Positions 48,967-60,041 of a stretch of DNA of 64,000 bases are shown here, piece after piece. Below the pieces are notes generated by a model. That model saw nothing but the letters and a program-made list of their open reading frames with translations. It did no database searches and was not told where the DNA came from. The stretch's first letter is position 1, and each line of letters begins with the position of its first letter. Source of the DNA: Squalus acanthias (lineage: Eukaryota); the NCBI GenBank assembly GCA_030390025.1, contig CM059432.1:130140001-130204000 (forward strand), written 5' to 3'. Both the position numbers and the translations under genes were made by a program.

Positions 48967-49773
48967 AATCAGGCTTGGGCTGATAAGTGGCAGGTAACAT
49001 TCGCGCCACACAAGTGCCAGGCAATGAATATCTCCAACAAACGAGAGTCTAACCAGCGCTCCTTCCCATTCAACGGCATTACCATCGCCGAATCCCCCAC
49101 CATCAACATCCTGGGGGTCACCATTGACCAGAAACTTAACTAGACCAGCCACTTAAACACTGTGGCAACAAGAGCGGGTCAGAGACTGGGTATTCTGCCA
49201 CGAGTGTCTCACCTCCTGACTCCCTAAAGCCTTTCCACCATCTACAAGGAGTGTGATGGAATACTCTTCACTTGCCTGGATGAGTGAAGCACCAACAACA
49301 CTCAAGAAGCTCGACACCACCCAGGACAAAGCAGCCCGCTTGATTGGCACCCCATCCACCACCTTAAACATTCACTCCCTCCACCACCGGCGTACCGTGG
49401 CTGCAGTGTGTACCATCAACAAGATGCACTGCAGCAACTCGCCAAGGCTTCTTCGGCAGCACCTCCCCAACCCGCAACCTCTACCACCTAGAAGGACAAG
49501 GGCAGCAGACACATGGGAACACCACCGCCTGCAAGTTCCCCTCCAAGTCATACACCATCCTGACTTGGAAATATATCGCCGTTCCTTCATCGTCGCTGGG
49601 TCAAAAACCTGGAACTCCCTCCCTAACAGCACTGTGGGAGTACCTTCACCACAAGGACTGCAGCAGTTCAAGAAGGCGGCTCAACACTACCTTCTCAAGG
49701 GCAATTAGGAATGGGCAATAAATGCTGGCCTTGCCAGCGACGCCCACATCCCAGGAACGAATAAAAAAAAAAA
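48967..49773 (+). mobile_element. LINE 3' fragment (family of 11909-14298)
   Basis: QAWADKWQVTFAPHKCQ and MEYSSLAWMSEAPTTLKKLD, with a poly-A end. Confidence 0.88.
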
Positions 49774-49774
49774 C

Positions 49775-51078
49775 AGTCGCATGCATTGACTAACCTTATG
49801 TCATATATTGGAATTTTTTGAGGGAGTAACTGGTAAAATAGATGGGGGAGAGCCAGTAGATGTGGTGTACCTGGACTTCCAAAAGGCCTTCGACAAGGTC
49901 CCACATAAAAGATTAGCAGGGAAAATTGAAGCTCATGGGATAAAGGGGAAAGTATTGACGTGGATAGAGAACTGGCTGTCAGATAGAAAACAGAGAGTTG
50001 GAATAAACGGCTCATTTTCTGAATGGCAGGCAGTAACAAGTGGGGTACCACAGGGATCTGTCCTGGGTCCCCAGCTGTTCACAATTTACATTAATGACCT
50101 GGATCAGGGAGTCGGATGCAGCATTTCCAAATTTGCAGACGACACTAAACTAGGAGGGGGGGTGGGCTCAGAGGAGGAGACCAGGAAGCTCCAGAGCGAT
50201 TTGGACAGACTGAGTGATTGGGCGGATAAATGGCAGATGCACTATAATGTGGACAAGTGCGAAGTTATCCACCTTGGGTGCAGGAACGGGAGGGCAAATT
50301 ATTATTTAAATGGCAATAAATTGGGAGAGGGGGAAGTACAGAGAGACCTGGGTGTTCTTGTACACCAGTCACTGAAGGCGAGCATGCAGGTGCAACAGGC
50401 GATCAAGAAGGCAAACGGTATGCTGGCCTTCATAGCAAAAGGGTTGGAATACAGGAACAGGGATACCTTGCTGCAGCTGTACAGGGCACTGGTGAGACCA
50501 CACCTCGAGTACTGTGTACAGTTTTGGTCGCCTCATCTGAGGAAAGATGTTCTTGCCATGGAGGGGGTGCAGCGGCGATTCACCAGGCTGATACCAGGAA
50601 TGGCGGGATTGACCTATGAGGAGAGACTATGTAGTTTAGGGATGTACACACTGGAGTTTAGAAGATTGAGAGGGGACCTCATAGAAGTGTATAAAATTCT
50701 GACAGGTCTAGACAGACTAGATGCAGAAGGAATGTTTCCCTTGGCGGGTGAGAACAGAACTAGAGGACATAATTTAAGGATAAGGGCTAAACCATTTAGG
50801 ACAGAAATGAGGGGGAATTTCTTCACTCAGAGGGTGGTGAACCTGTGGAACTCATTGCCACAGAGGGCAGTGTACGCCAGCTCATTAAATATATTTAAGA
50901 GGGAATTAGATATATTTCTACAGGCAAAAGGGGTTAAGGGTTACGGAGAGAAGGCGGGGACGGGATACTGAATTGGAGGATCAGCCATGATCTCATTAAA
51001 TGGCGGAGCAGGCTCGAAGGGCCGGATGGCCTACTCCTGCTCCTATCTTCTATGTATGTATCTATGTATCTATGTATA
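49775..51078 (+). mobile_element. 5'-truncated CR1 LINE with an uninterrupted 387-codon RT/C-terminal frame (49808-50971)
   Basis: [27 protein letters not shown] and NLWNSLP; CR1 3' UTR and (TCTATGTA)n tail. Confidence 0.93.
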
Positions 51079-51376
51079 CAGTTTACCTAATAGTGTGCAG
51101 AGAAAAACCCTCTCCACAGGCGAATACATTCGGGGAAGCCCTCGATTGTTTCCCTGGAACAAAACAGAATACAGGGCTGTAGTTAACAGGAAAAAATACA
51201 ACTGTTTTTTTTCCCCAGATGAGCTATTAATATTCCTCACCATGACAGGAAACCGCAGCACGCAGTTTGGTGCAATAATTATTTATTTCTATCTAGCAGT
51301 CCTAGTTTGTGTAGATCTAATTATGTGCCTACATATTAGGTGACACTCTTAATATCAGCACTCAATCATAGTCAAT

Positions 51377-52079
51377 GGCCTAGAAATTTGGCTGCAAAGT
51401 GCCCATTTTTCAGGTGCTAACTGGCCTCTTAAGCCTCCGATATGGAGGGCAGGAAGCACACGCACATTTCCGGCTGGAGGTGCGCTGCCCGCCTTGTTGG
51501 ATATGGTGGTTGCACAAGCATCAGGAGCACACGTCGGCAACACTCAAAGGTGGAAATCGTTTATTTGAATTAGCGTCCTGCACAGCTTGCAGGAGCTGTT
51601 CTCGTGTTTCTCGCTCCGTGCGGAACTCACACAGCACAACGTGGTACTAACATAAGTACCTGAATGTGGAGCAGGAGTGCCACGCCCGACCCCACACTAA
51701 AATAACGCAGGCTGCTCCCCCCCCCGCCCGCTCTCGACCACTACCAATCCTCCCGACCAGGTCACCGATCGCTGCCCCCACTACAGATCCCCCCCCCACC
51801 CAATCGCTCCCCCTGCCCGCCCCCGCCCCCGCCAGCAACTTACCCCCTCGGCCACCGATGTCACCACCCCCCAATCCCCCGGTCGGAGCAGCCTGATCTT
51901 CAACAACTCTTTGTCGGGCGAGCTGCCTCTTACTCTCCACAACTCGCCCGCTTCATGGAAATAAGGCCCGAGGCCCAATATGGAGGAGGGGGAGTCCTTC
52001 GGGCTTCACCATTCAGGCATAGGGATCGTATCCAGTCTCCCCAACGTGCCCTCAATGGGCAAGCCCGAATTTCTAGCCC
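51377..52079. mobile_element. Harbinger-type non-autonomous element
   Basis: TIRs GGCCTAGAAATT and AATTTCTAGCCC with a C-rich interior. No clear TSD. Confidence 0.6.
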
Positions 52080-53559
52080 GTCGCTTTTATTAACAGGATT
52101 ATTTCCCTTTTTTTTACCTTTTATGAGAAAGTTGTTTTTCTTTTCCTTCTGTCCAGTTTGTCAGGAGTAAAGTACAACAGAGGGCCAGGATAACCAAAGG
52201 GCAAAGCACCCAGACATTGAATCAGGAATAGAGCTTGACAAAATGTTGCTCACGGCTAAAACATTGACTGAGTCAGTGGCATATTTTTGAGAAATTCAAG
52301 CCTGCGTTTGATTTCCCCAGGACAAAATACAATTTACTGGTGACAGTTATACCCACTAGTAAAAACGTGCTGACAATAAGAAAATAAAAATTCAAGCTCT
52401 GGAATCCGCCGTATGATGAGAATTTGTAGAACGCAAAGAAACCTCTATCAAACCGATTAAATAGCCCCCCCTAAAGACTTATATTTTGAACTGGTTTCTT
52501 TTTGGCAAGGTTTTGTCAGAAGAAGTATAAGATTATCTTGCTGTGACTTAATGCTAGCTGGGTAATGTATTCCACTATACTGAATCATGGTAATGCACAG
52601 GCACTTTTCGAAGGAATACTGTGCTCGTATCAGAATTATAGTTCAGGCAGATGTGGTTCTGTGTGATATGCCGGATCTCCCAGTTTTGCAGAATCTGCCC
52701 CACAAAAATGCATTTCCAGGCGCTCTCTCAAGGTGACGGAAGGTCCAATTTCAATTTGGTCCCAATTTTAACTTTGGGCCAGTTTTCGGTGAACAATGGA
52801 CTATGCAGTCCACAAATCGGGCACACTGATACCCCCCCCACCCCCATGGCCGAATTCCCGATAAGTGTTTGCGTCGCTCAAAGCTTTGGACCAGCAGCAT
52901 TAAGTTTTCTTTTTAAAAATGACCTGTATATTAATATGGGTTTGCAATCTGCGTCACTCTTACTAATTGCAAATGTAATTCCCAACATTTTCCCAACGCC
53001 CATGGAAGTTGGGCGTTCCATCACCGTGCGGCAGTGGTCGGAAATAGGTTTTTTTTCCTGTCGTGATAGAACATGAGACAGAAGTAGAAAAAGACAAGAC
53101 TGATTATATTGAAGTGTGCCCAACGCGAGGCCTCTGACAAGTGGTGCTTGTGAATATATTGCCCTCTAGTGCCCAAATGGAAGGTTTCTGGTCATTTCTT
53201 TATCGTTCTGGCCAGGAAATGGCAACAAAAACTGAGCAGGTTCTGCAGGTGGATTTTTCTCAACAGTGGGATCAAGCCTTCCAGCTCTGAAAAGGCACCT
53301 GGCACCAGGAAATGGGGTGGGAGTCTATTTTGCCACATCTCTGCTTAAATCATGCTGAATGACAATCTCCAGCCTGTGTTTCAGTCCAGCCTGAAGTGTT
53401 CTTGCGTAATGTGTGAGAGCATCATTTAAATGCAACGCAAATGTGCTGTGAGCTCAGCCCGCTCAAGTGAAATGGACGATAAAGGTCAGTGACGCCCTGG
53501 CCTTTAAGGAAGTGAACAATTCGAGCTGCATTTTTGATTGCTACATCTAAATTTTGAAT

Positions 53560-54478
53560 ATAGGGTTTGCTACGGGAGCTCCTCTATGTTTAAGGTTTTT
53601 GGAGGAGGAAGAGGATGAAAGCAAGGATGCCAAGGTTGGTTCACTTGTACCAGAGGTGGACTTGCCACACCCGCCCTTACCTATGGAGCCATGTACAGCC
53701 CAATGCACACCTACCTGTGAATATCCAAGGACAACTGCCTTTGCAGGCCTTGCTTCACCAGCGAGGCAGTGACTGAGTTGTGCTGTGTGCTGGACTCTGA
53801 CCTCCGGACAATCTTAACCTCAGAGACGGCACTGACCATGGCAATCAAGACCACCACAGCAAGTACTTCCAAGATACGTCAAAGACCATCTGTAACATCA
53901 GTCAGTTTGCAGTCCACAGACGCATCTAGCAAATCACTGGTAAGTTATTCTCAAGCAAGGCCAAGCACTTTCATCGGTTTTCCCCTGTAAAAATGACAGC
54001 AGAATGAGAGGGCATTACAATTGCCTGCATTGCAGATTCTCCAAAGTTCACTGGGTTATTGATGGCACCCAGCTACCCATCCAGGCCCCTACACACAATG
54101 CCATGATAAGCCACTTTTTCAATACACAGCCACCTAGTGACCATCAACATAAAATCGTGCAAGTCAAGGGCTCTTCTCAGGCAGCAGCCATGACTCCTCT
54201 ATTTTAAGACAATCCCCTCTGCTTTGATTATTTGAAGGAGAAGGCAGGATGGAAGGTGGACACCGAGGAAACTAAAGCTACCCTCTTCTTCCCTGGCTTA
54301 TGACACCCTGTGACAGCCACAAACACCAGCTGAATACAAACACAATGAGGTCCACGCAGCTACCGGGATCATTATTGAGCAAACTACAGGTGCCTTGAAG
54401 CAGTGCTTCAGATACCTGGACTTTGCAGTCCAGCCCCAGCAGGATTTCCAAGATTGTTGTTGTCTGCTGTACAACTTT
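53560..54478 (+). pseudogene. Old Harbinger transposase remnant (continues after 56200)
   Basis: VTELCCVLDSDLRTILTSETALTMAIK, FSKVHWVIDGTQLPIQAP, IIEQTTGALKQCFRYLD, and LYN|FAI split by a LINE. Confidence 0.7.
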
Positions 54479-54479
54479 T

Positions 54480-56199
54480 CGCAACCAGCTTCAGCCAGAA
54501 GTGCCGAGTGGATAATTCATCTCGGCCTCCTCCTGAGGTCCTCAGCATCACAGAAGCCAGCCTTCAGCCAATTCGATTCACGCCATGTGATATCAAGAAA
54601 CGGCTGAGCGCACTGGATACTGCAAAGGCTGTGGGCCCCGACAACATCCCGGCTGTCATGCTGAAGACTTGTGCTCCAGAATTAGCTGCACATCTAGCCA
54701 AGCTGTTCCAATACAGCTACAACACTGGCATCTACCCAACAATGTGGAAAACTGCCCAGGTATGTCCTGTCCACAAAAAGCAGGACAAATCCAATCCGGC
54801 CAATTACCGCCCCATCAGTCTACTCTCAATCATCACAAAGTGATGAAAGGTGTCGTCAACAGTGCTATCAAGCGGCACTTACTCACCAATAACCTGCTCA
54901 CTGATGCACAGTTTGGGTTCCGCCAAGACCACTTGGCTCCAGACCTCATTACAGCCTTAGTCCAAACATGGACAAAAGAGCTGAATTCGAGAGGTGAGGT
55001 GAGAGTGACTGCCCTTGACATCAAGGTAGCATTTGACTGAGTGTGGCATCAATGGGAATCAGGGGAGAAAGGGCGGGAAAGTGGAGTTGCGGTTGAAGAT
55101 CAGCCATGATCTTATTGAATGGCGGAGCAGGCTCGAGGGGCCATATGGCCTACTCCTGCTCCTAATTCTTATGTTCTTATATTCTTAAACGCTTCACTGG
55201 CTGAAGTCATATCTAGCGCAAAGGAAAATGGTTGTGGTTGTTGGAGGCTAATCATCTCAGCCTCAGAACATCACGCCAGGAGTTCCTCAGGGCAGTGTCC
55301 TAGGCCCAACCATCTTCAGCTGCTTCATCAATGATCTTCCCTCCATCATAAGGTCAGAAGTGGGGATATTCACTGATGATTGCACAGTGTTCAGTTCCAT
55401 TCGCAATTCTTCAGATAATGAAGCAGTCCATGCCCGCATGCTCCAAGACCTGGACGACAGTCAGGCTTGGGCTGATAAGTGGCAAGTAACATTCGCACCA
55501 CACAAGTACCAGGCAATGACTATCTCCAACAAGAGTTAGTCTAACAACCGCCCATTGACATTCAATGGCATTACAATCACCAAATCCCCCAGCATCAACA
55601 TCCTGGGGGGTCACCATTGACCAGAAACTTAACTGGACCAGCCACATAAATACTGTAGCTACAAGAGCAGGTCAGAGGCTGGGTATTCTGCGGCGAGTGA
55701 CTCACCTCCTGACTTCCCAAAGCCTTGCCACCTTCTGTAAGGCACAAGTCAGGTGTGTGATGGAATACTCTCCACTTGCCTGGATGGGTACAGCTCCAAC
55801 AACACTGAAGAAGCTCAACACCATCCAGGACAAAGCAGCCCGCTTGATTGGCACTCCCTCCACCACCGGCTCACTGTTGCTGCAGTGTGTACTATCTGCA
55901 AGATGCACTGCAGCAATTCACTAAGGCTTCTTTGACAGCAACTCCCAAACCCGTGACCTCTACCGCCTAGAATGACTAGGGCAGCAGGCACATGGGAGCA
56001 CCATCACCTCCAAGTTCCCCTCCAAGTCACACACCATCCTGGAACTCCCTCCCTAACAGCACTGTGGGAATACCTTCACTACACGGACTGCAGCAGTTCA
56101 AGAAGACGGCTCACCACCACCTTCTCAAGGGCAATTAGGGATGGGCAATAAATGCTGGCCTTGCCAGAAACGCCCACATCCCAGGAACGAATAAAAAAA
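54480..56199 (+). mobile_element. 5'-truncated LINE (family of 11909-14298) with a nested CR1 3'-tail fragment at about 55066-55187
   Basis: KAVGPDNIP, NYRPISLLS and ALDIKVAFD, with a poly-A end. AACTTT is repeated at both junctions. Confidence 0.88.
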
Positions 56200-57138
56200 A
56201 CTTTGCCATCCAGATATGCCTTTCCATGGAGCAGGTTGAAGAGGAGATCCATCCACAGCCATTCACAGAGCAGGACTCTGACAGTGAGCACAAAGGCATC
56301 TCTACTGAAACACCTTTGCAACTAGGAAGAGTCATATACCAGGCTCAGATATACAAGACCTTCACTTAAGTGCCTGGGTTGCCCATTACACTAGCAACTC
56401 TGTCCACAGGTGCACAATATGGCCCAATGCACCATTAGCAACATTTAAGGGCCGATGTATTTGAAAACCTTTTAAGCATTTAAAATAATTAGTTTCTAGC
56501 TGGTTTCCATTTAAACTAGTTTGCCTTACTGGTTTATGCTGTAGTCTTCAAAGATTATACCCAGTACTGAACTTCATGAGTTCAGGTTTCAGAGGTCACG
56601 AGTTCAAATCCTACTTTAGAAAATTCTGAAATTGAATTCAATAAATCTGGTCATTTTATGGTAGTGTTGTAGAAAACCAACTGGTTCAAAGAAAAGGACC
56701 TGCCATTCCTACCAGCAAGTCTGTTGATCGGTACCAGTTGAAAATAACTGTATTCATGCTTTCAAAGAACAATTCAATTGTACTAAATTACAGAACTAAA
56801 GTGCGCTTAAAGGATGTTCATAAATGTGAACAATGAAACTGGAATGTAGTTGTCAGGTTAGAAAGAAATAACAGGAATAACTAACTGCAATATTTATATA
56901 TTCTGATATATAAATATATGCGACAAGGAAGCAATGTAATATCATAAATGGCTGAGAAATTCTTTCAGTGAGAAGATAAAAAGAAACAAGTACATTGAAT
57001 ACTCACATTGAATAGTTTCCATTTTATGTCCAATCGCTGGTTAAATCATTTAACATTTCATGGTCTGAACTCCTTGAATTGAGTGTTTTTATATGGTTGT
57101 TTACAAAAGGCCCAAGGGATTGTGTGGTACACAGCTAA

Positions 57139-60041
57139 GTTACATAGGATTACATAGGATATACGGCACAGAAACAGGCCATTCGGCCCAACCAGTCCAT
57201 GCCAGCGTTTATGCTCCATTTGAGCCTCGTCCCGTCTTTCCTCATCTAACTCTATCAGCATAACCCTCTATTCCCTTCTCCCTCATATGTTTGTCTAGCC
57301 TCCCCTTAAATGCATCAATACCATTTGCTTCAACCACTCCCTGTGGTAGCGACTTCCACATTCTCACCACTCTCTGGGTAAAGAAGTTTCTTCTGAATTC
57401 CCTATTGGATTTCTTGGTGACTATCTTATATTGATAGCCTCTAGTTATGCTCTTCCCCACAAGTGGAAACATTCTCTCTGTATCCACTCTACCAAAATTT
57501 TTCATAATTTTAAAGAGCTCTATTAGGTCAGCCCTCGGCCTTCTTTTATCAAGGGAAAAGAGAGCCAGCCTGTTCATCCTTTCCTGATATGTATACCCTC
57601 GCATTTCTGGTATCATCCTTGTAAATCTTCTCTGCACCCTCTCTAGTGCCTCTATATCCTTTTTATCTTCTTCTTCTTAGGCAGTCCCTCAGAACCGAGG
57701 ATGACTTGCTTCCACACTAAAAATGAGTTCTCAGGTGACTGATGAGTCCAGTGTAGGACCTACAGTTTCTGTCACAGGTGGGGCAGACGGTGATTGAAGG
57801 GGCGGGTAGGTGGGGTGATTGGGTTGACGTGTGCTCCTTCCGTTGTTTGCGCTTGGCTTCTGCTTGCTCCCGGCGAAGAGACTCGAGGTGTTCGGCGCCT
57901 TCCCAGATGCTTCTCCTTCACTTTGGCGGTCTTGGGCCAGGGATTCCCAGGTGTTGGTGGGGATGTTGCACTTTTTCAAGGAGGCTTTGAGGGTGTCCAC
58001 CTGGGGCTCTCTTGTCATGTCGGAGCTCCGAGTAGAGCGCTTGTTTTGGGAGTCTCGTATCAGGCATGCGGATGATGTGGCCTGTCCATCGGAGCTGATC
58101 GAGCGTGGTCAAAGCTTTGATGCTGGGGATGTTGGCCTGAGCGAGAACACTGACGTTGGTGCGCCTATCCTGCCAATGGATTTGCAGGATCTTGCGGAGG
58201 AAGCATTGGGAGTACCTCTCCAGTGCTTTGAGGTGCCTGCTGTACATGGTCCATGTCTCTGAGGCATACAGGAGGCCGGGTATCACTACTGCTCTGTAGA
58301 CCATGAGCTTGGTGCTGGGTTTGAGGTCCTGGTCTTCAAACACTCTCTTCCTCAGATGACCGAAGGCTGCACTGGTACACTGAAGGCGGTGTTGGAATTC
58401 ATCATCGACGTCTGCCCTTGTTGACAGTAGGAAAGTGGTCCACGTTGTCTAAGGCCTCGTCTTGGATTTTGATAATCGGGGAGCAGTACTGTGTGGCGGG
58501 GGCAGGTTTGTAGAGGACTTTTGTCTTACGGATGTTTAGTGTAAGGCCCATGCTCTCGTACGCTTCAGTGAAGGTGTTGACGATGGTTTCGAGTTCGACC
58601 TCAGAGTGTGCGCAGACGCAAGCGTCGTCATCATACTGTAATTCGATGACATATATTTTATAATATGGCGACCAGAACTGTACGCAGTACTCTAAGTGTG
58701 GTCAAACCAAGGTATGATACAGGTTTAGCATAACTTCCTTACTTTTCAATTCTATCCCTCTAGAAATAAACCCTAGTGCTTGGTTTGCTATTTTTCTGGC
58801 CTTGCTAACCTGTGTCGCAACTTTTAGTGATTTGTGTATTTGTACTCCAAGATCCCTTTATTCCTCTACCCCAGCTAGACTTGCACCCTCCAAGTGATAA
58901 GTGTCCTCCCTATTCTTCCTACCAAAATGTAATACCTCACATTTATCTGTGTTGCACTTCATTTGCTAATTATATGCCCATTCTGCAAGTTTATTAATGT
59001 CCTCCTGTAATTTGTTGCAGTCCTCCTCAGTATTGACTATCCCCCCCAATTTGGTGTCATCCGCAAATTTAGAAATTGTGTTTTTGATTCCTTAAATCTA
59101 AATCATTAATGTAAATTGTGAACAGCAGTGGTCCCAGCATTGATCCTTGTGGAACACCACTACCCACCTTCTGCCACTGTGAATAGCTACCCTTTACTCC
59201 TACTCTCTGCTTTCTGTCCTGAAGCCAGCCAGCAATCCATTCTGCTACTTGTCCCCTGACTCCGCATTCTCTGACCTTGTTCATCAGTCTATTATGGGGT
59301 ACCTTATTGAAGGCCTTTTGAAAATCTAGATAAATTACATCTACTGCATTACCATTGTCTACTCTCTCTGTTACCTCTTCAAAAAATTCAATAAGGTTGG
59401 TCAAGCAAGACTTTCCCTTTTGAAATCCATGTTGACTATTCATTATTATATTTTTGGTTTCTGGATGTTCTTCTATTTTCTCCTTTAGTAGGGATTCCAT
59501 TATTTTTCCGACGACCGATGTTAAGCTGACTGGTCTATAATTCCCTGGACATGTTCTATCCCCCTTCTTAAATATCGGTAATGCATTAGCTATCCGCCAG
59601 TCCTCTGGCACTATACCATTTTCTAGCGAATTATTAAATATGTGTAGTAATGCCTCTGCTATCTCTTTCCTGGATTCTTTTAAAATGCATGGATGCAATC
59701 CATCTGGACCAGGGGTTTTATCCTCTTTGAGTTTGATTAGTTTATTTAATATATCCCCTCTTTTTATTTTAAATGCACTTTTCTCATTACTAATCTCATC
59801 ATCCAATGTCATGTTCACCTGTTCTATCTCCCTGGTAAATACTGAAGCAACATAATTATTTAATATTTCTGCCATCTCTCTATCATTACCTGTGGTATTG
59901 TCCTGATTATCCCTATTCCCATCCCAACCTTTTTTATTGATATGCCAATAAAATATTTTACTATTTTGTTTTATGTTCCTTGATAATTTAATTTCATAGT
60001 TCCTCTTTGCCTCCCTAATTGTTTTTTTGACTTCTCTCCTA
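57139..60041 (-). mobile_element. CR1 LINE, interrupted by an RTE (57667-58650) and cut by Harbinger D at 60042
   Basis: ORFs 59069-59875 and 57242-57637 closely match the 46365-47865 copy and share the same tail repeat. Confidence 0.92.
57667..58650 (-). mobile_element. 5'-truncated RTE-clade LINE
   Basis: ELQYDDD (from YADD), TKLMVYRAVVIPGLLYASETW, QLRWTGHIIRMPDTRLPKQALYSEL and a (GAA)n tail. The host CR1 rejoins around it. Confidence 0.88.

Noticed and set aside
51666..51896. Proline-rich ORF
   Set aside because: It arises from the C-rich low-complexity interior of a non-autonomous element.
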